The notes beneath the pieces were generated by a model that saw nothing but the letters and a program-made list of their open reading frames with translations, was not told the DNA's origin and did not search any database. From Parcubacteria group bacterium GW2011_GWA2_43_11 (GTDB taxonomy: Bacteria; Patescibacteriota; Minisyncoccia; Phycocordibacterales; UBA12088), in NCBI GenBank assembly GCA_000998805.1, contig LCFC01000006.1, positions 24,999 through 79,928 of the forward strand: 54,930 nucleotides of DNA, read 5' to 3'. The position numbers were made by a program, and so were the translations under genes. Positions 18,100-27,809 of the stretch are shown in pieces; the first letter of the stretch is position 1; the number at the start of each line of letters is the position of its first letter.

Positions 18100-19758
18100 A
18101 TGGCAAATAAAGAAATAATTTATAACGAAGATGTTCGTAAGGCCCTCAAACGAGGAGTTGACGCAGTAGGTAATGCGGTGCGAATCACTATAGGCCCTCG
18201 TGGAAGAAACGTAGCACTTGATAAGGGGTACGGAAGTCCTACTATCACCAACGACGGTGTTTCAATTGCGAAAGAAATAACACTCAAAGACAAGTTTGAA
18301 AACATGGGTGCAGAAATTGCGAAGGAGGTTGCTTCAAAGACGAACGATACTGCAGGTGACGGTACGACGACTGCAGTGATTCTGATGCAAGCTATTGTGA
18401 GTGAGGGAATGAAGCGTACAGCACTCGGTGCAAACGCAATGAATGTCCGACGCGGTATTGATGAGGCTATGAAAGACACGGTAGAGGAATTAAAGAAAAT
18501 GGCAAAAGCAGTGAAGAGTAACGATGAAATTCGTCAGGTTGCCACTGTCTCAGCAGAAAGTGAAGAGCTGGGGAAGGTGATTGCAGAAACAATTGAAAAA
18601 GTTGGTAAGGACGGGGTCGTTACTGTTGAAGAGAGTCAGTCATTTGGTATTGAGAGTGAGGTGGTAGAAGGACTTGAATTTAGCAATGGATACATTTCAC
18701 CGTACATGGTCACTAACTCCGAGAGAATGGAAGCTGAGTACAAAGAAGTGTCCGTACTTATCACTGACAAAAAAGTTTCATCGATTAAGGATATCCTACC
18801 GCTTCTAGAACGAATGGCACAATCAGGATCTAAAGATTTAGTTATTATTGCAGATGATTGTGATGGTGAAGCACTCGCAACTTTTGTTGTCAACAAACTT
18901 CGAGGCGCTTTCAATGTATTGGTAATCAAAGCTCCTGGGTACGGTGATCGCAAGAAAGACATGTTGCAAGATATTGCTATTACTGTGGGAGCACAGGTTA
19001 TCTCAGAAGATGTTGGTCTTTCTCTGGAAAAAGCAGAACTTGCCCACCTAGGAAAGGCATCACGTGTCGTTTCTACAAAAGACTCGACACTTATTATTGG
19101 TGGAAAAGGATCAAAAACAGAAATCACTAAGCGAGTTGATTCACTCAAGAAGCAACTTGAAACCACTGAAAGCAAGTTTGACAAAGAGAAACTTGAGGAA
19201 CGCGTTGCAAAACTTGCAGGTGGAGTAGCAGTTATTCGCGTAGGTGCTGCCACTGAAACAGAAATGAAGTATCTGAAACTTAAGATTGAAGATGCAGTAA
19301 ATGCCACAAAGGCAGCCATAGAAGAAGGTATCGTTCCTGGTGGTGGAACTGCACTTGCGAAGATTGCACATCGACTCACTGAGAAGCTTGCAGATAAAAA
19401 AGGAAATCCAGAATTTGCTGCAGGATATGAAATTATGCTCAAAGCCCTGTTGATGCCTCTGTACCAGATTGCATTTAATGCAGGGAGAGAGGATGGTGCT
19501 ATGGTAGTCGTAAACAAAGTTGCAAATGACAAAGGCAACCTTGGTTTCGATGCAATTTCTGGTGAGTACATTGATATGCTTGATAAGGGTATTATTGACC
19601 CTGTCAAAGTAACTCGTTCAGGAGTACAGAATGCAGCTAGTGCAGCAGCTATTCTCCTTACGACCGATGCAGCAATAGCGGACGCACCTGATGATCATAA
19701 ACATGGTCCTGAGATGGGAGGAATGGGAGGAATGGGTGGCATGGGAGGTATGATGTAA
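18100..19758 (+). CDS. groEL: Chaperonin GroEL
   Basis: AGDGTTTA, the VAAVKAPGFGD-like VLVIKAPGYGDRKK, and a GGM-repeat C-terminus. Confidence 0.97.
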   Translation: MANKEIIYNEDVRKALKRGVDAVGNAVRITIGPRGRNVALDKGYGSPTITNDGVSIAKEITLKDKFENMGAEIAKEVASKTNDTAGDGTTTAVILMQAIVSEGMKRTALGANAMNVRRGIDEAMKDTVEELKKMAKAVKSNDEIRQVATVSAESEELGKVIAETIEKVGKDGVVTVEESQSFGIESEVVEGLEFSNGYISPYMVTNSERMEAEYKEVSVLITDKKVSSIKDILPLLERMAQSGSKDLVIIADDCDGEALATFVVNKLRGAFNVLVIKAPGYGDRKKDMLQDIAITVGAQVISEDVGLSLEKAELAHLGKASRVVSTKDSTLIIGGKGSKTEITKRVDSLKKQLETTESKFDKEKLEERVAKLAGGVAVIRVGAATETEMKYLKLKIEDAVNATKAAIEEGIVPGGGTALAKIAHRLTEKLADKKGNPEFAAGYEIMLKALLMPLYQIAFNAGREDGAMVVVNKVANDKGNLGFDAISGEYIDMLDKGIIDPVKVTRSGVQNAASAAAILLTTDAAIADAPDDHKHGPEMGGMGGMGGMGGMM

Positions 19759-19787
19759 AAGGACCTATTCAAGAAGGAATTAATAAG

Positions 19788-19819
19788 AAAAGGCTGTCCA
19801 TATAGGGCAGCCTTTTTTA
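19788..19819 (+). terminator. Intrinsic terminator of groESL
   Basis: aggctgtcc-atata-gggcagcct followed by tttttt. Confidence 0.8.
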
Positions 19820-19881
19820 TACGTATGTCGGTTTAAAGAAACATTTGGGTTGCTGTTTCTCCCTTCCATTGAGTAAATTCT

Positions 19882-20124
19882 TTAGAAGTTTTTGGAAGAT
19901 TGCCAACCCGACCTGGTGAGAAAACCATTTTCTCCAAAAACATCAGTAGCAAGAATCTTTGCCACAAGGGCATTCTCCACTTTAAATTTGAACTTTGTGT
20001 CGTTGCCAACCTTTTCATATGTGACTTCACACATATTTCTTAGAGGTTGACCGATCAACTCCCAGTCTTTTTCGAAAGTTACAAACTTCTCTTTGGGAAC
20101 AGTGACTTCAAAAATTACGCTCAT
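19882..20124 (-). CDS. Hypothetical protein (80 aa)
   Basis: aaggag RBS 6 nt before the ATG. Confidence 0.55.
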   Translation of the reverse strand: MSVIFEVTVPKEKFVTFEKDWELIGQPLRNMCEVTYEKVGNDTKFKFKVENALVAKILATDVFGENGFLTRSGWQSSKNF

Positions 20125-20221
20125 AACATCTCCTTGAGTAGGGATTTATACGAAATTGTATTTCCAAAAATACAATACCACGCAAAACGTGGTATTGTCA
20201 ACTTTAAGAAAATTTGGTTTG

Positions 20222-20563
20222 CTACCAACGACGTTCTTCACGTGGTGGGCGAGAGGCTTTGAAGCACTCGTTGCAGTTGATAGGTCGATCTCCTTTTGGT
20301 TCGAAAGGAAGTTCGGTAATCTCTTTTCCACAACCAGAACAGGTCCAAGAACCTTGTACCATAGGTCTACTTGGTCGTGTACCACCATTTGAGCGCTCAG
20401 GACGAGAAGAACGTCCCGCTCGGTGACAGTCAAGACACTTTAGTGTGTTGAGTCTATCTTCATGTGGTTGGAATGGAAGTTGTGTTATTTCTGCTTTACA
20501 TTCAGAACATTGCCAGTTCCCCTTGACCATTGGTCGTGAAAATCCACTTTTGTTGTCATCCAT
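20222..20563 (-). CDS. Tandem zinc-ribbon protein (two CxxC-x17/18-CxxC modules)
   Basis: WQCSECKAEITQLPFQP...CLDCHR and WTCSGCGKEITELPFEP...CNECFK are internal repeats separated by an R/S/P-rich linker. Confidence 0.6.
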   Translation of the reverse strand: MDDNKSGFSRPMVKGNWQCSECKAEITQLPFQPHEDRLNTLKCLDCHRAGRSSRPERSNGGTRPSRPMVQGSWTCSGCGKEITELPFEPKGDRPINCNECFKASRPPREERRW

Positions 20564-20823
20564 AATTTATATCAATAAAATTTTACTCACTTCTAATACA
20601 GACTGCCAACAAAATAAAACATGCGCTCTATTGCTACGTCAGCTACACTGCAAATAGTTTAACCTATCGACACTAATTCTATAGTGAAGTGATGTAATGT
20701 CAATAAAGCTACACACAATACTGTAGATTTCATAAAAGTTTACTCTTACTATGGTATACTGAATGCAAGTAGTGCACTTACTGTATACCATTAAGGCATT
20801 ACTATTACTATTTAAATTTACGT

Positions 20824-21405
20824 ATGATTTTATACATAATCTTGGGTGCTATAGCAGTGGTTTTTATTTGGGGTATTTTCATGTACAACCGCTTTGTAGC
20901 ACTTATCAACAATTCCAAAGAAGCGTGGGCGGATATCGATACTCAACTTAAGCGTCGATATGATCTTATTCCAAACTTAGTCGAAACGGTGAAGGGGTAT
21001 GCGTCACACGAGCGAGAAACCTTCAATGAGGTTATGGAAGCACGAGCAAAAGCTACCTCTATGCAGATAGATGCATCAAATATTACTCCGGAACAAATCC
21101 AAGCATTTGAGGGGGCTGATTTAGGACTTAATTCTGCACTCGGCAAACTTCTTGCGGTTGCTGAAAATTACCCTGACCTTAAGGCAAATGAAAACTTTCT
21201 TGAACTTCAGCGAGAACTTACGGATACTGAAAACAAGATTCAGGCTGCTCGTCGTTTCTACAACAGCAATGTGCGTGATTTACGTACTGCGCTAGAGCAA
21301 TTTCCTGGGAACGTTGTTGGGAATTTCTTTAAGTTTAAAGCGATGGAGTACTTCGAACTTGGTGAAGAAACGCAAGCAAAAAATCCCGTAAAAGTTGATT
21401 TTTAG
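20824..21405 (+). CDS. lemA: LemA family protein
   Basis: N-terminal TM, YNRFV...W.DIDTQLKRRYDLIPNLVETVKGYA.HE and ENYPDLKAN.NF..LQ.EL..TENKI..AR..YN. Confidence 0.85.
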   Translation: MILYIILGAIAVVFIWGIFMYNRFVALINNSKEAWADIDTQLKRRYDLIPNLVETVKGYASHERETFNEVMEARAKATSMQIDASNITPEQIQAFEGADLGLNSALGKLLAVAENYPDLKANENFLELQRELTDTENKIQAARRFYNSNVRDLRTALEQFPGNVVGNFFKFKAMEYFELGEETQAKNPVKVDF

Positions 21406-21408
21406 AGT

Positions 21409-21834
21409 ATGTCCGAGCGAATCTATTACAACAAGCTTGTTTGGGATAATGTTCCTGACTTAATCAAAGAGAAGGGTAAGGAGTGCGAGGTGCGCACGCT
21501 TGATGACGAGGAGTTTGAAATTGAACTCATGAAGAAAGTGGAAGAAGAGGCAAGTGCGTTACCCGAAACGGCTTCACGACAAGAACTCATAGATGAGCTT
21601 GCGGATGTGGTGACCTGCGTGGAGTATATCAAAAACATTAAGAAAATTACCGAGCTTGAGCTTGCGGATGCACTTGAACGGCACTCTCGAAGAAAGGGAC
21701 GCTTCGAAAAAAAGAACTACCTCGTATGGTCTTCTGATAGTACGTACAAAACAAATGAAAAAGCAAAAACAGTAATACGTTTGACCATCCCAAACAAAAA
21801 AGAAGGGGAAACAACTACGCCGACAGAAGAATAA
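21409..21834 (+). CDS. MazG-like / all-alpha NTP pyrophosphohydrolase
   Basis: YNKLVWDNVPDLI..KG and ELIDELADVV resemble the YNKLVRDKIPEII...EELADVLE pattern of this family. Recognised by eye. Confidence 0.55.
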   Translation: MSERIYYNKLVWDNVPDLIKEKGKECEVRTLDDEEFEIELMKKVEEEASALPETASRQELIDELADVVTCVEYIKNIKKITELELADALERHSRRKGRFEKKNYLVWSSDSTYKTNEKAKTVIRLTIPNKKEGETTTPTEE

Positions 21835-21847
21835 CTATATAAGACTT

Positions 21848-22318
21848 ATGTCTACTGAAGCACGAGTACGTATACACAGCCACCGGTTGATGCGTGAGGT
21901 ACCTACAAGCGACCATGAGGTTAGGGTGGACAGTGCACGCAGGGAAGTCGTAGGGAGAAAAGTAAAAGAAAAGCCTCGGTGGCAACGTCGATTATTGGTT
22001 CACGTGAGTATATTTATTGTTTCGTTTATTTTTACAGCTGGACTTCTCGTGCTTGGAGTACTTTTATGGGTACGTCCCGATACACTACTACCTATACTTG
22101 CGGTAGGATTGTTATCTTCAGCCGTTTTCGTTATCTCCTTTGCTAGTTTGCGGATGATGATTTTACATGGACTTTTCGATGAGTATCCAAACAAAGAAGA
22201 GGATCCTGGACTTGCACACCATGTGTCAAAAAGTATTGTATATGGTTTTATTGCTCTTGTAGTTGCTATTATATTAGCCGGTATGCTTATTAAGATTGCT
22301 TCTGCTCAGATGTTTTAA
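21848..22318 (+). CDS. Hypothetical membrane protein (3-4 TM)
   Basis: Hydrophobic helices. Sits between the NTP-PPase-like gene and htpX with short gaps. Confidence 0.5.
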   Translation: MSTEARVRIHSHRLMREVPTSDHEVRVDSARREVVGRKVKEKPRWQRRLLVHVSIFIVSFIFTAGLLVLGVLLWVRPDTLLPILAVGLLSSAVFVISFASLRMMILHGLFDEYPNKEEDPGLAHHVSKSIVYGFIALVVAIILAGMLIKIASAQMF

Positions 22319-22329
22319 TCTTTATTACT

Positions 22330-23235
22330 ATGGCCACACTCTACACATATCAAAATTCAAATATTCGTAAAACGTGGTTTTTGATGACATTCTTTTTCCT
22401 TGTGGTGATAGCGGTAGGATGGGCGATAAGCTGGTATATGAACAGTCCACTGTTTCTCTATATAGCAGTCATCTTTGCAGTCTCTATGAATATGTATAGC
22501 TATTGGAACTCTGACAAGCTCGTAATACGAATGACAGGGGCATATGAGGCCGATTCTGTGAGGTTTAGAGAACTGCATAATATTGTAGAGAATCTTGCTA
22601 TTACTGCAGGACTTCCCAAACCACGAGTCTACGTCGTAGAAGATATGTCCCCGAACGCTTTTGCAACAGGTCGTGATCCTGAACACGGTGTTGTGGCGGT
22701 CACGACTGGTCTTGTGAATCTACTAAACCGCACTGAGCTAGAAGGAGTGATTGCACACGAGTTATCACATATCGGTAATAGGGATATTCTCGTTTCGACT
22801 GTAGCCGTGGTACTTGCTGGATTTGTTGCAATTCTTTCAGATTTTTTCATACGTATGCTTTTCTATGGAGGAGGAAACAGAGACAGGAACATACACCCTA
22901 TCGTGTATGTACTTGGACTTGTCGCTATCATTCTTGCGCCAATAGCAGCTTCTCTCATACAGATGGCTATTTCACGTAAGCGTGAATTTTTGGCTGATGC
23001 TTCAGGTGCTCTGCTCACTCGATATCCTGATGGGCTTGCTTCAGCATTGCAGAAAATAAGTCAGTCAGCCGAGGCGATGGGCGGAATGAAGCGCGCAAGT
23101 CATGCAACATCACATCTTTTCATTGCGGACCCTTTTGGAAGGAAAAAAGGAATTAGTGCTATTTTGGGGAATCTTTTTAAAACACACCCTCCTGTGGAGG
23201 AGAGGGTGCAGGCACTCCTCGGCCCCCAACTGTAA
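22330..23235 (+). CDS. htpX: Zinc metalloprotease HtpX (M48)
   Basis: HELSHIGNRD (HExxH) and AFATG..P....VAVTTGL, with a TM topology typical of HtpX. Confidence 0.9.
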   Translation: MATLYTYQNSNIRKTWFLMTFFFLVVIAVGWAISWYMNSPLFLYIAVIFAVSMNMYSYWNSDKLVIRMTGAYEADSVRFRELHNIVENLAITAGLPKPRVYVVEDMSPNAFATGRDPEHGVVAVTTGLVNLLNRTELEGVIAHELSHIGNRDILVSTVAVVLAGFVAILSDFFIRMLFYGGGNRDRNIHPIVYVLGLVAIILAPIAASLIQMAISRKREFLADASGALLTRYPDGLASALQKISQSAEAMGGMKRASHATSHLFIADPFGRKKGISAILGNLFKTHPPVEERVQALLGPQL

Positions 23236-23359
23236 TAGGACTTACGGAAACGGTGCATTTCTTCGTTGCGCTACACAAAATACTCCTTACCGTATACTCA
23301 TACGCCTCGTAGTATTTTGTTTGCGCGCCTCGAACTGCATCCATTTGCGTAAGTCCTAA
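23236..23359. repeat. Nested palindromic element, TAGGACTTA family, copy 2
   Basis: Arms taggacttacg / cgtaagtccta. Subterminal aaacggtgca / tgcatccattt are homologous to copy 1. Begins right after the htpX stop. Confidence 0.75.
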
Positions 23360-23584
23360 CACCAACTCCAATTAACCTTTCGTAACGTCGTCGTCATTGC
23401 GAACGTAGTGCCTGCCTGCGGGCAGGAAGCAATCAATGAGATTAATTGTGCCTGAAATAAAAGCTGTTTTTAAACTGAGTAAAGAACGTGCTATAGTGTC
23501 ATTTACGAAAAGTTTTTTCGTAACACAGGGCTAAAACATGTGATTCAAATGTTCGCACGAACATTTGTGTAGCAAATGTTTTAG

Positions 23585-23669
23585 GGAGGCGTCGCATAGT
23601 GGTCTAGTGCACCGTCTTGGAAAGACGGCAAGGTGAAAGCCTTCGAGGGTTCAAATCCCTCCGCCTCCG
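23585..23669 (+). tRNA. tRNA-Ser (GGA)
   Basis: Acceptor GGAGGCG/CGCCTCC, anticodon loop TTGGAAA, long variable arm, T-loop GGTTCAAATCC. No encoded CCA. Confidence 0.85.
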
Positions 23670-23811
23670 CACTGACAACCTGTTAGTTTTGTTGACCCAT
23701 ATGGCCTAATGAGGTAGTGCGACCCACAAAGCTTCAGATTGTGTAAAAGGACCGGGATGTCCCCGATGTTCTCAATCTCAATCTGGGGGAACCGGCAGTC
23801 CGACATTTCCG

Positions 23812-24672
23812 ATGACGGCACCTGGGGACTATGAATTTTCTTTCAAGCAAGATGACTTGGAGCGATCGTATCGTGTCCATATTCCCCTGGACTACGATCC
23901 CTCTGTCTCGTATCCAGTCCTCTTCGGCTTCCATGGAGGGTTTGGCAACGCCGAGCAATTCGCGCGTTCAACCCATCTCTCTGAACTCGCCGATCAGCGA
24001 GGGTTTATTGCCGTCTACGGCCAGGGGACGTCATGGGGAGTCCTCCAGGCCCCCGTGTGGAACGCGGGCGATTGCTGTGGGAGAGCAGTAGATTCAGATA
24101 AGAACGTGGACGATGTTGGATATGCCCGCGAAGTTATCGAAGAGATCAAGAAAAAATATCATGTTGATTCCTCCCGTATCTACATGACCGGCATGTCAAA
24201 CGGTGGCATGTTGGTGCAACGTCTGGCATGCGAGGCATCGGACCTATTTTCAGGTGCCGCTACCGTGTCGGGAACGATTGGTATCTCAACCTGTAGGCCC
24301 GCGCGTCAGATGCCCATTTTCATCATGCATGGGACAAACGACGAGAATGTCCCGTATGAAGGAGGTCGCGGATCGAAAGCAGTGAATGGAAGTAGTCATA
24401 TTCCCGTAGAGCAGGAGTTCGCCGACTGGGCAGCGCGCAATGCGTGTACCGGCGCAGTGTCGACTTCCCCTGTTGTGCACGCGGGAAGCGACGGCAAGTC
24501 GGTCGACAGACTTTCCAATGCGCACTGCGCTGAGCCCGTAGTCTTATATCGGGTGAATAACGGCGTACATGAGTGGCCTGGCGGCATGGCAAAAGCCAAT
24601 GCTCTTGAAAGGCCGACACCGACCAGCGCGATTGATACTTCAAAAACTATCGTTGACTTCTTCGGATTGTAG
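23812..24672 (+). CDS. PHB depolymerase / LpqC-family esterase, apparently lacking a signal peptide
   Basis: VLFGFHGG, the GMSNGG nucleophile elbow and HG..D..VP. Visibly higher GC than its neighbours. Frame is open from 23713 with no earlier start codon. Confidence 0.7.
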   Translation: MTAPGDYEFSFKQDDLERSYRVHIPLDYDPSVSYPVLFGFHGGFGNAEQFARSTHLSELADQRGFIAVYGQGTSWGVLQAPVWNAGDCCGRAVDSDKNVDDVGYAREVIEEIKKKYHVDSSRIYMTGMSNGGMLVQRLACEASDLFSGAATVSGTIGISTCRPARQMPIFIMHGTNDENVPYEGGRGSKAVNGSSHIPVEQEFADWAARNACTGAVSTSPVVHAGSDGKSVDRLSNAHCAEPVVLYRVNNGVHEWPGGMAKANALERPTPTSAIDTSKTIVDFFGL

Positions 24673-24869
24673 TCCTGTTTCGCTATTTACCGTGATGTTC
24701 ACCTGTCAGTACCCCCTTCTTTTTCTGGGTTAAAGGGATTTCCAGTGACATAATAATAAATTGTACTTATCTCTATAATCTTATCCATATAATCAAATCC
24801 CCCCTCCTCTATCCTCCGAAACAAAGTTTCTTCGGGGTAGGGCTGATAAAGTCACCAGCATCAATAAAT

Positions 24870-24898
24870 TTGACACATAAGAAAAAAAGTTATATAAT
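24870..24898 (+). promoter_or_regulatory. Sigma70-like promoter
   Basis: TTGACA at 24870-24875, 17-nt spacer, TATAAT at 24893-24898. Confidence 0.6.
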
Positions 24899-24946
24899 GA
24901 TTTTAGGTAAAGAATAGATTTTTTTCAAATTTAACGAATGGGGTGA

Positions 24947-25501
24947 ATGATGGGAAAGAAAATTCTCATTACTGGTATTGGAAATACTGGCAAGAGCACT
25001 CTGCGAAGAAAGTTTGTTGAGGAGTGTCGAAATCAAGGTGTACAAGCAAGTCACTTTGATGCGGACAACTTTAAGCAAATCCGTCATGAGGCGGACAGAG
25101 ACTGTCTGTCGGAGTTTGCAGACCCTTATGCATGTGAGATGCTTATCGTAGAAGATGTGCATGCCACGGTTAGAGGTGCAGTGCTCACCCTTGATGCATA
25201 CGACCACATCTTGTATGTGCAGGTCGCGAATGTGTTTTCGCATTTTCTTTTCTGGTTACCCCGTGCATGGCGATGGTTCCAAAACGGGCAGTTTGCATGG
25301 GACCAGAAGACAGGTTGGGCAGGCACTGGTGTACGGTACGACCCACACAACATCATCCCAATTCTTTCTGAACTTTTGAGTAATTTTCAAAACGCAAAGA
25401 AATGGATTGCGGAGGATATGGAAACACTCAAACCATACAAAAACAAAACCATCTTCATAAGATCGTTTTGGACTCGGAAGGGTCCTGATTTTCGGTATTG
25501 A
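24947..25501 (+). CDS. P-loop NTPase-like protein
   Basis: ILITGIGNTGKST Walker A near the N-terminus. Confidence 0.5.
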   Translation: MMGKKILITGIGNTGKSTLRRKFVEECRNQGVQASHFDADNFKQIRHEADRDCLSEFADPYACEMLIVEDVHATVRGAVLTLDAYDHILYVQVANVFSHFLFWLPRAWRWFQNGQFAWDQKTGWAGTGVRYDPHNIIPILSELLSNFQNAKKWIAEDMETLKPYKNKTIFIRSFWTRKGPDFRY

Positions 25502-25547
25502 GTAGCAAGTCAAACCGAAAAAAACCGTCTCGTGTCGTTTTATGACA

Positions 25548-26540
25548 CTAGACGGTTTTGTGTTCCAAGATGTTTTCAATAGCATTTCTATTTTCCTCAA
25601 TATTTTTTAAAAGAGTGTGCAGAGAGTAGTTGGCATATTCTGCATCTGCAACATCCTTTGAAGTTGTAAAATGTAACGCAAACGACAAACTTCTTTCAAG
25701 GATTCCAAATCGTATTGCATCAACAATATTTTTCTTTTCTAACACAGTCATTTTTCTATACTTTTGGTAACCTGAAATAAGAGCCTCAAAATGAGCCATA
25801 CTCCACTTACCACTTTTCTCTGAGAAACACCAGCCACGACACGCTTGCCCGAGGTCAAGGATGAGTTCTCCATAATAACTTCTATCAAAGTCAATAACAC
25901 CAACAATACTGTCTTTCTCCCACAACACGTGTCGCTTTCCAAGGTCCTCATGGATAGTTCCTTTGGGTAAAGATTTTGAAAAATTGATTTCAGATAATTC
26001 AGCCGATAGCTTTTGTAAGAAAGCTTTTTTATTGGGAAAGTTGCTTTTTAAAATCATTTCTTTGTCAAAAACAAAATTTTTCTTTGTTGTGTTCACATCC
26101 CAGCGATGAATTCTTTTGTGTTTGGTTGAGAAACCTTCGATTGAGCTATGAAATTTTCCCAACCACTCACCAAATAATTCAATCTCATGTAATGTTGGGT
26201 TTGCTTTTTCTTTGCCTTTATTAAACTCACGTACATATCCGTGATGCTTTTTCCACGACAACAAAGTCTCACCATTTTTTGTAGTAATGGGAGTTAGAGA
26301 AGGAATAGCGTATCTCGTGAGGTGTTTTATGAGTTCAAGCTCCCCAAGTATTTCGTTTTTTGACCGGTATCGATATCCGGAGGGTGAAAGTCTAAGAACG
26401 TATTTTCCTTGAGTTGTATCAACAATATAGGTAATATTTCCGCTTGTTTCGAGTGGTTTGATTTTTTTGATTGTACCTATAGCAAATACAGAAAGAATCG
26501 TTTGCACCTCATTTTCTGAAATCTTTTCTTGTGTAAACAT
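25548..26540 (-). CDS. Aminoglycoside phosphotransferase / homoserine kinase type II family kinase
   Basis: IHEDLGKRHVLW...GVIDFD....G.LILDLG is the APH-fold catalytic and DFD motif. The ATG at 26540 (MFTQEK) is preferred. Confidence 0.7.
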   Translation of the reverse strand: MFTQEKISENEVQTILSVFAIGTIKKIKPLETSGNITYIVDTTQGKYVLRLSPSGYRYRSKNEILGELELIKHLTRYAIPSLTPITTKNGETLLSWKKHHGYVREFNKGKEKANPTLHEIELFGEWLGKFHSSIEGFSTKHKRIHRWDVNTTKKNFVFDKEMILKSNFPNKKAFLQKLSAELSEINFSKSLPKGTIHEDLGKRHVLWEKDSIVGVIDFDRSYYGELILDLGQACRGWCFSEKSGKWSMAHFEALISGYQKYRKMTVLEKKNIVDAIRFGILERSLSFALHFTTSKDVADAEYANYSLHTLLKNIEENRNAIENILEHKTV

Positions 26541-26616
26541 ATGTTGAGTAGTATACCTTTTTATAAGAATGAACAGTAAGTATCGGTGTGGTATGCTGAG
26601 ATAGTTATATCTAGGT

Positions 26617-27255
26617 ATGGAAACATTTGTATATATTTTGGATTTTATAATGCATATTGACACCCATTTGGGCGATATTATTGTGCAATATGGAACCGTA
26701 TCATATGTAATTCTGTTTGCGATATTGTTTATCGAAACAGGACTTGTGTTTGTGCCATTTCTTCCAGGGGACTCACTCCTTTTCGCGGCAGGGGCTTTCT
26801 CCGCAATAGGTTCTTTTAATATTTATATCTTACTCGTGTTGTTGTGGGTTGCTGCCTTCCTTGGTGATACCATGAATTACTGGATAGGTCACTTTTTTGG
26901 ACAAAAGCTAATAGACAATCCAAGGGTACCTATTAAACAAGAATATATTAACAAAACACAAAAATACTTCGACAAGTATGGTGGAAAAACAATTTTCTTG
27001 GCACGATTTGTCCCAATCGTAAGAACCTTTGCACCGTTTATAGCAGGTGTGGGGAAAATGAATTATGTGAAGTTTGTATACTACAATGCTGTAGGAGGGC
27101 TTGTTTGGGTTTTTGGCTTTACCCTCTTAGGATACTTCTTTGGTAACATCCCAATAGTAAAAGATAATTTTTCACTTGTTATACTCGCTATAATAGCACT
27201 CTCGGTAGTTCCAGTGATTGTTGAATATATAAAAGCTAGAAAAAGTAACAAGTAG
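26617..27255 (+). CDS. dedA: DedA family membrane protein
   Basis: FIETGLVFVPFLPGDSLLFAAGAF and RFVPIVRTFAPFIAG. Confidence 0.8.
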   Translation: METFVYILDFIMHIDTHLGDIIVQYGTVSYVILFAILFIETGLVFVPFLPGDSLLFAAGAFSAIGSFNIYILLVLLWVAAFLGDTMNYWIGHFFGQKLIDNPRVPIKQEYINKTQKYFDKYGGKTIFLARFVPIVRTFAPFIAGVGKMNYVKFVYYNAVGGLVWVFGFTLLGYFFGNIPIVKDNFSLVILAIIALSVVPVIVEYIKARKSNK

Positions 27256-27269
27256 ATATAAAGATAACC

Positions 27270-27743
27270 ATGACAAAATATACGTACATTGCCATTGGCG
27301 TTGCCTTGATTGGTATGGTACTTGTGGTGCTTATTACCGTGCTTACCTTGGTAGGAAAAACTGAACAGGACACAGATGTAGATTCAAATACTGTAACGGT
27401 TGTTTTTAAAAACGTTTCTGTGCAAGCAGAGACAGTTTCTACAGATGCAGAACGGAGCAAGGGACTTTCTGGAAGAGAGGCTTTAGAAGAGGGAACTGGT
27501 ATGTTGTTTATCTTTGATGATGTGGATACACATACATTTTGGATGCCGGATATGCATTTTGCCATAGATATCATTTGGCTTGATGAGAGCATGAAGGTGG
27601 TTCACATAAAAGAAAACGCGACACCAGAGTCGTATCCGGAAATATTCACTCCATCCGCATCCGCAAAATATGTGCTAGAGGTACCTGCAGGTTTTTCAAA
27701 AACGTGGGGAATTGTAGAGGGTACTCAGGCAATTGTACGATAG
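27270..27743 (+). CDS. DUF192 family protein
   Basis: GLSGRE.L....GMLF.F......FWM.DM.F.IDIIWLD and YVLEVPAG. Confidence 0.7.
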   Translation: MTKYTYIAIGVALIGMVLVVLITVLTLVGKTEQDTDVDSNTVTVVFKNVSVQAETVSTDAERSKGLSGREALEEGTGMLFIFDDVDTHTFWMPDMHFAIDIIWLDESMKVVHIKENATPESYPEIFTPSASAKYVLEVPAGFSKTWGIVEGTQAIVR

Positions 27744-27809
27744 TACCTTCGCGTACTTTAAAGTTATTTCAGAGTAGAAATAGTTACAAATAGGTTATAT
27801 ACTAAAAAA

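Noticed and set aside
18636-19607. 323-aa ORF antisense to groEL, plus similar shadow ORFs in clpB (48807-49670), infB (45301-45960), rpsA, gyrA and the SBP gene
   Set aside because: These lie inside confidently identified conserved genes. Their translations are low-complexity and Ser/Ala-rich, which is typical of antisense frames.
19700-19758. GGM repeat at the GroEL C-terminus as an unusual repeat
   Set aside because: This is a normal feature of bacterial GroEL.
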